This document shows positions 12,835 to 24,680 of a stretch of 64,000 bases of DNA, piece by piece. The stretch is from Lama guanicoe. Its lineage: Eukaryota. The stretch's first letter is position 1; each line of letters starts with the position of its first letter. Made by a program: the position numbers and the translations under genes. Below the pieces are notes generated by a model. It saw only the letters and a program-made list of their open reading frames with translations. It did not search any database and was not told the DNA's origin. The stretch spans positions 4,527,802 to 4,591,801 of the forward strand of contig MU054400.1 of NCBI GenBank assembly GCA_013239625.1. Reading direction: 5' to 3'.

Positions 12835-13340
12835 TCTATAATAGTCTGGGTTCTCCAGAGACAGAGCCAACAGGCTCATACACACGCACACGCATCTGTC
12901 CCATGTGATGTCTGCTGGGGCTTTGTCACTCCTACATCTGGTGCCTCCACTAAAATGGACCCAACAGCTGGAAGCTGGCTGAGCCACTTGACTGGGGTCA
13001 TAGGTCTGTGGCCTCAATTCTCACTGTCAGCTGGGTTCTTTGGTCTCTTTGGTCTCCTTCATGTAATCCGAGGGCTTCTCCCTGTCCACATGGCCTCTCC
13101 ATGTGGTCTCTTCAGCAGGAAATCCAGATTTATTATATGGCGGCTGGAGGCTCCAGGGAACACACAATCAGAACCACCAGACCTTCTTAAAACTGTAGTC
13201 CACACTGGCACTCCAGCACCTTTGCTTCATTCTGTTGGTTAAAGCAACTCACAGACCCAGATCGGATTCAAAAGAAGGAGGCGACACAAATGGGTGGAGA
13301 CCAGCAGGGGTGGCTCGTTGAGTCACAAAAGTGGCAACAT
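12835..13340 (-). mobile_element. Short MLT2 LTR end (12835-12895) joined to an MLT1G/H-like LTR remnant
   Basis: tagtctgggttctccagagacagagccaacagg (MLT2 terminus); tggcctctccatgtggtctc...cattctgttggttaaagcaactcacagacccagatcggattcaa (MLT1). Confidence 0.6.
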
Positions 13341-13744
13341 GCTCCATCATTCATGACAGTCTTTTGCTAAATCCATGTCCCCACCCAAGTCTTCCCAGGG
13401 TGAGTCTCCTCTTATTCCTTGGGCACCTTCTCTCAGATCAGCCCCATTTTCCTGGGCACGCCCTCTGTAATTCCCCTTCCTCTTTCCCCCAGAGATCTCG
13501 TCCAACCTCCAAAGGCATTTGCAACTCAAGCCCAACTTTCCTCTAGTTATTTCACACTAAAGTAAATAGCTCACTAGACCCAGAAACTTGCCCCAAACTA
13601 GTTTTCTTTTTCCGTTGAGAGTCTAGAAGATTTCATATCCAAATTTTCCTGAAGATTTGGAGTAGCAAAGATACTGCATTCCATCCTTCTAATGCAAAAA
13701 CAAGGGAGGGAGAGAAACAAATGAACTGCTTTTCCACTTTCAGA

Positions 13745-14200
13745 AGCAGACTATTAGAGTGGTTAAGACACCTGACCTCAGAGCCAGCTTGGCACTTATT
13801 GGCTAGCTCAGCCTCCTGGTCTGTGAATCAGTTTCATCCATCCCAGGGGCTGTTTTGAGAATTACATGAGCAAAAATACGTAAGGTACTTATAAGAGAAA
13901 CAGACTCACAGACATAGAGAACAGACTTGTGGTTACCAGCAGGTAAAGGGGGTGGGAAGGGATAAATTGGGAGTTTGAAATTTGTACCTCCTGAGGAGTG
14001 ATGGAAATGTTAGCTATCTTGATTGTGGCGGTGCTTTCACTGGTGTACACGTCTATCAAAATTCATCAAACTGAACATCTGAAATATGTGGTTTACTGTA
14101 CAGAAATTGTACCACAATAAAGTTGTTTAAAAAATAAAGAACAACCAGACCAAAAAAAAATATATATATATGTGTCAAGTACTTAGAACAAAGCACAGCA
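13745..14200 (+). mobile_element. MIR interrupted by an L1 3' fragment (about 13893-14160)
   Basis: gagtggttaagacacctgacctcagagccag...gttttgagaattacatgagc then gagaaacagactcacagacatagagaacagacttgtggttacc; MIR resumes at aagtacttagaaca. Confidence 0.7.
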
Positions 14201-15819
14201 AGTGTCTGCTATGCTCTCAGACAGTTGTAACTGGTCTCACACGCCATGCAGCATCCTCAAGTGTGATGAGCAGGGAATCCAAGAAGATACAATTTCTAAG
14301 ACAACCATCTTAATCCTTTTTCTTGGAAAAGGAAGCTCCATCAAGATGCGGAAAATGCTAGGATCCTTCTCTGAGAGAAGTATATAGATCAGTATCAGGC
14401 TGTCCCCAGTACATCCAGGTATTGGGTTCTCCAAGGAAACGTATTTGGGAGTATTTTCTACCAAAAAAATGTAAATATATATATTAAGTGATAGTTCTTA
14501 GTCATCATGCACCCAAGGTAATAGTACAAAAGAAACAGAGTTCCTACCTTCATGTATGGGATCTCCCAACCTCTTCTCCCAGCTTACCTACCAGAAGGCC
14601 AAGCGGTTGACCAGAACCCCAAGACTGACTGACTTTCTTATTCTGATCAGAAAGGAAACACACAGAAAGGCTTCTTTCTGTACAAACAACTGATGCCTGG
14701 AAACAGGCAGCTCTTCAATGGCAAATGTCTTTTTCACAGCACCTTGAAGTTAAAATGACATTTAATTATGTGAATTAATTAATTTCTGTTTTATAAATGA
14801 ATCCCAAACATTGGTTTTATTCCTAAGTAATATTTGATGAGTTTCCTAACAATCTTTTTTACAGAATCGAGGAAAAACGATGACTCACAAGCATAATAAA
14901 ATTAGGTTCTCTCACTTCTCTTGGCAAAGCAGAGTCTCCGTAAGTCAATTCTTGTAAATTACCATTTTTTTTTTTAGCCAAGAAAATAATCTGAAAGTGA
15001 ACACAGCTATGGGTCACGAGCTTCTCCAAGGACCACAGAGCTTATCTCTCAGTCTCCATGTAAGATATTTTTTCTCCAAAGAGCCTCTGAGAGATATTTT
15101 TTCCCTCTCTTTGGGGTTATAAATGATCTATTTACTTTTTTCATCTTTGGTATTTTATGTGTTGAATGTAGTGTGGCTGAAATCATTTTAAGTCAGGGAA
15201 AACTGGCTTAGCTGTTTAACTTTCTGGATTTCTCTGTGAGACCTCTATTATCACCAGGTAAATTGGGGTTCACATATCATCAAAGCCAAGAAAACATGGC
15301 TGAGCCAGAGTATTTCAAAACAGCTGCCAAAAATGGGAATAAAAAACTGAGAAAAACTTTTAATGACAGCCCCATAAGATGAGGCAACTTTGGAAATGTT
15401 AATAAAAAATGAGGAAATGAAACTATAACAAAGTTCAGTTTTGTACAACACAACATGTTTTTCACTGAAACTGCATTTCTGATGCCCGGGTTCAGCTTAT
15501 CTGGATCAAAACCTTCTGCTACTCTCCCCAGTGTCATTATTCTTGAGAACTTTTGGCAACGTTTCCAACATTAAAATATATATGAAACATGTCCATCTTC
15601 ATCTGTTTTCTCTTGACCTTTGTACTGTCTTCACGCAACTGTTTGGAGAACCAACTTCTCTATTTTGACTTTTCTTTCTTTCTGGGTCTCCAGTGAAAAT
15701 ACTAATTCTGATCACTGGAAGAATTGCCTAAACTGCCTTATTTCACCATCTCACTCTCTCATTTTCCCCTTCATTCAATCATTTATTCAGCGAAGCCTTA
15801 TGAACTCTGCTACTGAAAG

Positions 15820-16030
15820 GCAGCACAGTGCGGTGTGAGGCTGTGATTTCTAGAGCCAGACTGTCTGTTTCTTCCTATCTCTGTGACCTTGGACAGTTCA
15901 CATACCTCTCCATGCCTCCATTTCTCAACTATGAAAAGGAAGTGATAATAACTGTTTTGAAAATTATAGGATCATTGTGAGGATTAAATGAGTCAATATT
16001 TATGACAGACTTAGCACATAGCAAGCATTA
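15820..16030 (+). mobile_element. MIR SINE
   Basis: ggcagcacagtgcggtgtgagg...ctagagccagactg...ctgtgaccttggac...cattgtgaggattaaatgag. Confidence 0.8.
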
Positions 16031-16033
16031 TCT

Positions 16034-16610
16034 ATTGCAGCCAAGACACGGAAGCCAACTAAATGCCTATTGACAGAGGACTGGATAAAGAAGTTGTGAT
16101 TGATACACACACACACAATGGAATACTACTCAGCCATTAAAAAGAATGAAATAATGCCATTTGCAGCAACATGGATGGACCTAGAGATTATCATATTAAG
16201 TGAAGTAAGTCAGATAGAGAAAGATGAATATCATACAATATCAGTTATATGTAGAATCTAAAAAAAAAATAGAAATGAACTTATTTACAAACCAGAAGTG
16301 GACTCACAGACAGAAAACAAATTATAGTTACCAAAAAGGAAAGGGGTGAGGAAGGGAGGGATAAATTAGGAGTTTGGGATTAACATATACACACTACTAT
16401 ACATAAAACAGATAAACTACAAGGACCTACTACATAGCACAGGGAACTATATTCAATATCTTGTAATAACATAAAATTGAAAAGAATATATATGTATATG
16501 TGCATGTAACTAAATCACTTTGCTGTATACCTGAAACTAATACATTGTAAATCAACTATAACTCAATTTAAAAAGAAAGGGAAAAAAAGAATACCTAGCG
16601 AAAAAAAAAA
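16034..16610 (+). mobile_element. 5'-truncated L1 3' end
   Basis: aatggaatactactcagccattaaaaagaatgaaataatgccatttgcagcaacatggatggacctagagattatcatattaagtgaagtaagtcag; A-rich tail; TSD core cattatct at 16026-16033 and 16613-16620. Confidence 0.9.
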
Positions 16611-17260
16611 CACATTATCTCTTGCTATGGCTATCTACAACTAACTTTTATTTAGTGCTGACTATTTCTGAATGGAGTGCAAAGAGAAAAAAAGATGTTT
16701 TTTACTTGCCCTAGGGAGATGTATCACCACCTAAAGTCAACAGATTTTTACTTTAAATCACTGCAGTTAAATGTTTGTATTGCCTTTTTGAGCATGGTTC
16801 TGTCTGATTATTGTAAAATTATAGTGCTTTTAGGAATCTGAAGATTTTGTGAATAAGTAACTCTATCTTTAAACCAGAAAGCTGGTGTTGGATCCTGAAC
16901 ACGAGCTCCATTTCACATCTGTAACATCTTTGCTGTGGAAATGGCTCCCCTCCGTGGGCTCATGGAGCAATTACATATTCTCTACCTGAAAAGAACAGTT
17001 CTTGGGGCAGTCATCGACATCAATAGCTAAAGCTATTTCATAGCATTAAATTGTGTGAAAGACGGCTCTTCAAAGGCTACACACTCCTTGATTTTGTTCG
17101 TGGGACCTTCTCCAAGAAGCAAAACGACAGGGAGGGAGAAGAGATCAGTGGCTGCCAGAGGCTGGGGGGTGAAGGAAGAGTCAGTGAACTTCTTGGGGTG
17201 GTGAAAATGTCTGTATCTTGATTACGGCATAATTAACAGTATACTAATGATGTTATAATA

Positions 17261-17348
17261 TAACCATATGTTAATTATATAATAAGATAATATAACCATA
17301 TGTTAATTATATGATAATACAATATAGTCTAACCATATGTTAATTATA
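17261..17348. repeat. AT-rich minisatellite with three exact copies of taaccatatgttaattata
   Basis: Copies at 17261-17279, 17293-17311 and 17330-17348. Confidence 0.9.
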
Positions 17349-17449
17349 CTTTAGCAAATCTGACATGCATAGAAAAGGGAAGGTAGGACATATGGATGGG
17401 AGGAAGGAAGGGAGGGAAGAAGAAGCATTAGCAAGAGAATCAGTAATCA

Positions 17450-17680
17450 GTGTGGCAAAGTGGTTAAGAGCCTGGGCCGAGGTGCAGAACTTGCCGAGTT
17501 CAAGCCCGGTGGGATCTAAAGTACATTATGGAACCCCTCTGTGTCTAAATCTCCTCTTCCATAAAATGGGACAATGATACTTCTTACTGCAGAGTGTTGC
17601 TATGAGGATTAAATTTGTTACAATTTTTATGCACTTAGAGCAGTATCTGGCATACAGTAGGTTCCCAGTAAACACGTGCA
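17450..17680 (+). mobile_element. MIR SINE
   Basis: aagtggttaagagcctggg...cctctgtgtctaaatctcctcttccataaaatgggacaatgatac...tgaggattaaat...ctggcatacagtagg. Confidence 0.8.
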
Positions 17681-18549
17681 CCACGAATGACCACATTATA
17701 GACTATAACGCAGCACACTCAATCAGCAAATTAGGTCACTCATCAAGTAGGCAGAATCAGGGCTTGTCAGGACATCTGCCCTGACACTGTTTACCAATCC
17801 AAGCTGGTAATGGGCATTCGGGTCACACCCATTTCAACTGCCTGATTCTGAACATACAACTAAATCCCTGCTTGATTTTCATTGCTCCAAACCCATCCCT
17901 ACACTAGATCTCTGCTGGCACCAACTTTGTCTATTTCGAACCCAAGGCTGAAGCCCAGATTCCCACCTGTTCCCATGCACAGCATCCACCGCGTGAGTCA
18001 TTTAAACCCCAAAACCTCAGCTGATTGTGAGTAGTCCCGTCTCCCACCCCACTTAGAGAGGAAGACGTCAGAGTAGCTTCAGGGGGCAGGGAAACGAGCC
18101 CGTGCACTCTACGCTACCACCCCCCACCGAGGGACCAGTAGTCTGTTAGAAGTGACCAGAGTGAGGCAGGGAGGAGGGGCACCAGCAGGGGATGCTCCTG
18201 GCTGCTGGGTCTAGTGAGATCGCCCTTCAAGACACCAAACTGCACTGCCTGGCAGTCAGTCCTCAGGGAGAGGGTGAGGTTTATCCATCCACTGGTTCCT
18301 ATGTCCCCCAGGTTTGCCCCGTGGGATGTTAATTCTCCACACTTCACAATTGTGCAAGGGTGTACCCTGGGCAGGGATCTGCCGTGTTCCCTGCCCCATT
18401 CTGGGCTGGAGGCAAGAGGCAGGCAGCCCAGACAAGAGGGAACGCCTGTGCAAAATCACTGGGAGCTCACTCAGCGCTGGTTGCCACGGCAATAACTGGA
18501 AAAACAGGTCAAGCCAACAGACTGAATTGTGCGTTAAGAGGTAGCTGAG

Positions 18550-18930
18550 TTTCCACAATCAAGTAGTTCCAGTCTCTGATATATCTTGGAAAAGAAAAAA
18601 ATCACACCTGTCCACAAGGACACATGTACTAAAATTCTATTGTTGCGTTATTATGTAATAGCAAAGGAGGAGGGCGAGGAGAGGGAAGAGGAGACTAAGC
18701 TACTAAATGTCCATCAATATGCAAATGAATTATTAATATGTGGTATATTCAGAAAATGAAGCATCCTACAACAGAACAGTGAAAGAATTAGAATGACTAA
18801 AGGTGACTGGATATAAGAACAAAATGTAGAAACAAATTACATTTCTAACAGCACCAAATGGTTAAAAACGCAATTTTCTCCAAAAAAGATATCATTTATA
18901 ATAGTAACAAAATTATAAAGTAGAAATAAT
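18550..18930 (+). mobile_element. Very old L1M fragments
   Basis: cacaaggacacatgtactaaaattctattgttgc...ctaaatgtccatcaatatgcaaatgaattattaatatgtggtatattcagaaaatgaa. Confidence 0.55.
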
Positions 18931-19139
18931 TCTATTTCCTCACCTTTTATAACTGCTGGCTGTCACTGGATCCTGTCTAAAGATGACTAACCAAGAAATA
19001 AACATATAAGTGTATTTTTCATGTGACAAAAAGATAAATACCAGAATTAAGTATGTATGTAATTTTTAAAAATCAGTAGATAAATGAGAGAGAAGAGGAT
19101 GTAGTGTAAGTCAAAACCAAAAATGTTTACTCTTCCCGA

Positions 19140-19255
19140 CAGTGGTTCTTAGACTCTGATCCTGGACAAACGTAGCAGCATCACCTGGGAACCTGCTAGA
19201 AATGCTCATTCTCAGGCCCCACCCCAGACCTGCCGAATCAGAAAGTCTGTGGTGT
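19140..19255 (+). mobile_element. MER5A (hAT-Charlie) fragment
   Basis: cagtggttctt...agcagcatcacctgggaacctgctagaaatgctcattctcaggccccaccccagacctgccgaatcagaaagtctg. Confidence 0.85.
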
Positions 19256-20000
19256 CTTGGGAAACACTCAGCTTGTCTCTGGTATGTACTAGAAGTTGGG
19301 TTAAACTGCTTTCTAATGAGGACACAGTAATTCTGTTTAAATTCCCCAATCAAGAAAGAGAGGTATAAAATCATTACGTTTCTTTCCAATGGCAGCCACC
19401 AGGGGCTCTGACACCAGACACTGTCGATGGTCATTGGAGAGTGGTGCTGAGTGTTTGAAGGCGGTGGGGAGTGAGCAGCGAGGTAATTCCTATTTGACGT
19501 CATTCTGAACTGTTTGAGTATTTATCGCATGTTGATCTGTGCTGTTTTTTTAAAGACATATGGTAAAACAGATTCGGGGAAATTTCCCCCTCTTTTCTCT
19601 TCCAGAAGAGTTCCATTCCTCATGGATGTTCCATTACCCAGAAAATTCACAAGTTTACAAGAATCATATTTACAAAAAGGAGTGCTGTGATGACTCTACT
19701 GCACAGAGATGCTGAACTAAGACTTTGCTTCATGCCTCAATTCCTGTTTTTCCAATTTTTTACAAAAATTACTGCCCCACAGAAGGAAACACCAAATGCC
19801 TCTTTCTTACACTGGATTCCCGGTAGCTACATTGAAATATCATTGTTTGAACAGTAAATATCCATATGAGTTCAGCGTGCAGGACAAATCAGAGAGGAAA
19901 GTCCTCGGGAGGTTCTAGAAATGTGAGGTCTATCTCCTCCACAAAAGAGAAACAGCACGATGTAACCGCTTGTTACGAGAGGCAATCATTACTCCCCAGC

Positions 20001-22367
20001 TGTGGTCATCTCCCAAGGTGACCAGCATGCCATCTCGTTGGCCCTGCTGGTGTGTGCACGCCACTTCCCTGAGAGGTGGAGTTTATTCCCCTCCCTTTCA
20101 ATCTGGGCTGTCCCTGTGTTCTGACTGATAAAATACATCAGAGGTAAATTTCATACCCAGACCGTAAGCTAGCAGTTTCTACCTCCTTCCTCTTGGACCA
20201 TTCACTCTTGGAACCTAGGTACCAAATTTTAAGGAAGCCTGAACAGCTCCATGGTGAGGCCCAAATGAAAGAGAAGTGAAGTCTTTGGTCAACAGATCTA
20301 GCCAAGCGCCTGACAACAGCCAGCACCAATGGTCAGACATGCGAGTTAGCCATCTTGGATTTCCACCCCAGGAGAGCCCTCGGATGACCACAGCCCCGGC
20401 TGACATCACACAGAGGATCGCTGCCCGGCTGAGTCCACTCAACCTACACAATTGAGAGAGATAATTAAGTGGATGTTTTTTTCAAGCCAGTAAGTTTTGA
20501 GGTTTATTTGGGTGAGGGTTTATTCTGCAGCAATAGATAACTGAAACCAAACTTGATATCCAGAAGTGGGGTATTGTTATAACAGAACCTAAAACTTGCA
20601 GCTTTGGCTTTGGAACTGTGGGACAGGTAGGAGCCAAAAGGCCTCAAAGAAACCATTAATGGAGTCCATTAGGAGACTGAGTGAGGGAATTGTCACTGGA
20701 GGCTAAAGAAAAAGGCATATACAAGCAGAAAGTTTGGCAACACTATAAACCTGGGCAACCTTTTCTGCAGGGGTGTTGAGGACAGGAGGGGTAACTAATG
20801 AGTGTATGCACCTGGTCAAAGAGATTTCTGGGAAGAATGTTAAGAGTAACAACTACTTTCTTCCAGCTGCCTGTGAGAAAATATGAGAAGAGAGCTGAGA
20901 CGCCCTCAGATAGGACTGTTCAGCTTGAGAGCAGAATTGACAAAACACACAGAGACCCATCCTGGGTCTGGACCCAACAAAAAGTCCTCAAAAGAAGCAG
21001 CCTCACGGCAAGATTAAGATTAAGTCTGCAAGCAAAAAGTGGTCTCAGAGTAAAGTTGAGAGCAAGAATGCAGTTGTAAGACCCTTCTAAGGCCTCAGGA
21101 AGATTTAAAACAGTGGCTCAAGACCTCCTCAGCTAGACTATAAGACTTCCAAGAATCTTAAGGAGTTTTTCCATGACATTCTGACTCTCATTCCAAGATT
21201 TAGTGGTGCCTGTCTCAAAGAGACTTCTGGCTATGGAGTTTATTTAATGGAGTGGATTTATAATTTGATACATAGGAAATCCATAAAGTATTTAAAGGAG
21301 TTATACTAATTTGGATTAAAAGGGATAAAGACAGTTCAAAGTGAAGAGAGGTCTCTGGACCCCTAACCTCATATGCTAAGGAAGTCGGCTGAGAAAACTA
21401 CTCAGCTGTAATCACAGGTCATTTCTTATGGAAAGAAAAGGATAGTTTTGAGAGTCAAACCATACAGAACTACTCCCCAGGAACAGAACTAGAGCCTGAT
21501 TTTTTTTTTAACTTAAAAAAAAAAAAACCTGTTAACATATGCAGGCTGGATTTCAGATTTACTATGGATTAGTGAAAGCTATATACATGTTGTTGCATTT
21601 ACTCACACTGTTACGTTGGGTATGCATAGAACAGATAACACCTTTTCAATTTACAGGACTCTACACCAAGGAACCACACCAGAGAAGCTGCACCCAAGGA
21701 CCTCCATCCATAACTGAACCTCATTTGGATAATGAGATCCTGGACTTTGAGTTAATACCATAATGCTAATGGAGGGTGGGAACTGGGGGAGTATATTTTG
21801 CATATGGGAGAGAGATGTGAATCGCGGTGGCCAGAGGGCAAGCATGGTAAATAAGTTTCCAAAGATGGAAACTTCTCATACGTGTGTGCCATTCTTACAC
21901 TGAATGTAGAGTTTATTTCCCCTCCTCTTAAATTTGGGCTGGCCCACGGCCGCTTTGACCAACAGGACATGATGAAAGAGAGCCCAGCCTTAAGAGGACT
22001 GGCAACGGCTGCTTCCTTCCTCTTGGACGCCTCTTCCTGGAACCAGTCTTCCATGCTGTGAGGAAGCCCAAGCTGCACGTGGAGAGGCCCTTACGAACAA
22101 GAACTAAGACCCTCAATCAACAGTCCTAGCTGAGTTTCCAGTGAACAGCCAGCACCAATGGCCGGCTCTGTGAATGAGCCATTTGGGACGTTTCGATTCA
22201 AGCAAGGCCCCAAATGACTGCAGCCCCAGCCATACCCATGAGGAATAGAAGCTTCTTCCAAGTGAGCCCAGCCAACCTGTAGAATTGGGCAAGGTAACAA
22301 AATAATTTTTTGTCTTAAGGTACTAAATTTTAAGGTGGTTCGTTACTCAGCATTACATAACTGAAAG
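20001..22367 (+). mobile_element. Two-LTR MLT1 (F/G/H-like) MaLR element: LTR 20001-20548, internal region 20549-21844, LTR 21845-22367
   Basis: Both LTRs share gagtttatt(c/t)ccctcc...tgggctg, aacagccagcaccaatgg and ataactgaaa ends; internal region starts gatatccagaagtggggtattgttataacagaacctaaaa and ends ggtggccagagggcaagca. Confidence 0.82.
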
Positions 22368-22604
22368 GCAAACTTTGGGCAAATCTCCAGCAGTCAAACT
22401 GTCGTGTGCATTTGATCCCAGAGTGTCACTTTAATCTCATTTGCATCACATAATTGTTTAATTCCTCCTCGGATGCAATTGTGAATGATCCAAATCATAC
22501 TTGCAGGAGAATCAGGAAACAAAGAAGTCTGAATGTCATCAAGCACTGATGTAGCCATATCAGTGTGACTCACACGTCAGTCTTTATTTTAATGCTTTCT
22601 CAGT

Positions 22605-22729
22605 GAGGAAGAAAGAAAAGAAAAGAAAAGAAAAGGAAAGGAAAGGAAAGGAAAGGAAAGGAAAGGAAAGGAAAGGAAAGGAAAGGAAAGGAGAGGAGGA
22701 AGGAAGGAAGGAAGGAAGGAAGGAAGGAA

Positions 22730-22791
<62 letters not shown>

Positions 22792-22835
22792 AAAAAGAAG
22801 GAAAAGGAAAAGAAGGAAGGCAGGCAGGCAGGCAG
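22605..22835. repeat. Compound microsatellite (GAAAA)n(GGAAA)n(GGAA)n(GAAA)n(GGCA)n; 216-nt pure purine tract at 22605-22820
   Basis: Directly visible. Confidence 0.97.
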
Positions 22836-23689
22836 GCCCAAAGGCAAAACTGTCAAATAGAAACCAGTAAGTATTTGTTGAGTTCCTACTTCTTACTCTG
22901 AGAGACCCAACTGGGTACTAAATAGAGAAGAATCCTCAACTTCAAAGTTCTTACAAAAAAAGGGAGAAAAGAGCAGGTCTGACTTGAGAGGTGGGTGGGC
23001 CCGGCTTCGCCACCCATTCGCTGTCACACACCCATCTCCCACTCTGGGCACCCCTAGCGAATCAGCTGTGACGGCTGCGTATTTCCAGGAGCACTGACAC
23101 GAGTCCCTGGGGTGGAATGGGTAAGGGATCTGAGTGTCCAGGGCCCCTTCTAGGGTATCGCCCCTGCTGGGATTCTGAGCAGGTGGGAGCAGAGGGAGTG
23201 TTTTCACAGACAGCTCGGCAGTTATTTCCCCTGCTGCAGGCCTCCGCGCTCACCAGCTGTCTGCCCTGGTGCCTGCTGTCCGTTTCCTAGCCCTGGGCCT
23301 TGGCCCACACTGCTTATGACCACCTCCAGCCCACAGCCTTCAGGCCTTGTAGACCTGTGTCCACACCCCTGCCTGTATCCCCGACATCTGGCCTCTGTCA
23401 ACCTTCTGTCCGGCACGTGGTGAAAGGTCACACAGTCCCGTCATTTGGTTCCTAGTAACACAGGCTTTTCCTTCGTGGCCCAGTCCTACCTTCCAGTGAG
23501 AGCGCCAGCTCTCCAGGGGTGAGGCTGCAGGCTGGGGCAGGGTGACCTGCGTCAGGGGCTGCCCCAGCCTGCAGAGAGGCGCAGCCCACACAGAACCGAA
23601 CCAGACCCGCTCTTCTCTTTCCCTGCTGCTTCACTAGGGCACCTGTCCTTCTGCGCTCCCATCCCTCTCTGAAACTGTGTTCTCACCCA

Positions 23690-23813
23690 CATCTTCACTG
23701 TCTCAGGCCCCCACTGAAACAAGGGCAACAGCTTATCTGTTTTGTTATCAGGTACCTCCAGTGCACAGTCTGGCACATAACACATGTTCGATAAATATGG
23801 GTTTAACGAATTA
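23690..23813 (+). mobile_element. L2 3' end
   Basis: aagggcaacagcttatctgttttgttatca...ccagtgcacagtctggcacataacacatgttcgataaatatgg. Confidence 0.65.
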
Positions 23814-24299
23814 GTACTTCTTCCTCCCTTGTGGTGATTTCTTCCTCTAGGAGCCAGGGGCTCTCCATGTCTGAAATCCAATGGTAGGAAAAGCCCCTGT
23901 CCTTGCCCGGAGCGTAAGTCAAGGAACGTGTCTGGACATTTTAGTGTCGCTTCACATCCCGGAGTTTCTGGCGCATCCCATAAACAAGCAGAAGGCTGCT
24001 GTGTCGGGACCGGCAGCTGATCTACCAGACCCTGCCCAGGGCACCTCATTTACCTCATTTTACATGAGGAGGTAACTGACAGGACCGAGCAATGGTTGGT
24101 GAGTGCTGAAAGGAATGGACTAGAAGAGGACAGGCCTTAAACTTCAGCCTGATCCTTAGCCAAGGACGTTCTCACAACCACGGGGACCCAGTCCCAGGAA
24201 AAGTGAATTAGAATCTCTGAGCCTGAGGCTAGAACACAAAGAAAATGCTAGCCAGTGATGGGTAACCCTTCAGGTAAAGAATCACTGGCCTAAGAAATG

Positions 24300-24680
24300 C
24301 AAAGATGGGAGAAGAGGTTGATTGATTAGGGAGAGTTTCACAGATGAGACGGGATTTTAACTGGGCCTGGAAGAATGAATTAAATCTAAGTAGCATAAAA
24401 AGAAAGAAACAGACATTCAGAGTGAGGTAGTGGGCAAGATGTCAGGTTGGCACAGACAGAAACAGTTTATCTGCGTGCAGCCTACTGGAGGGTAGTGGGC
24501 AGGACATCTGGAGAGTAAAGGGGGCCGTATTACAGGGAACTTGAACGTTTGAACTTCAATTTTATCTCCTGGGGAAACTTGAAGGTTTTTAAAAGGAATA
24601 AATAATAAAGGAGATTTTGTGTGGAGGGCTAATACTGCGTCGGTGTAGGGACTAGGTTGGCAAGAAAACTGGCTACACCA
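24300..24680 (-). mobile_element. L2 fragment
   Basis: gggagagtttcacagatgagacgggattttaactgggcctggaagaatgaat...gaaacttgaaggtttttaaaagg. Confidence 0.5.

Noticed and set aside
17261..17348. CRISPR-like repeat-spacer pattern
   Set aside because: Mammalian DNA, only three 19-bp AT-rich units, spacers too short and mutually similar, no cas genes; it is a minisatellite
22584..22860. K/E/R-rich and F/S/L-rich ORFs on both strands
   Set aside because: Translations of the purine microsatellite
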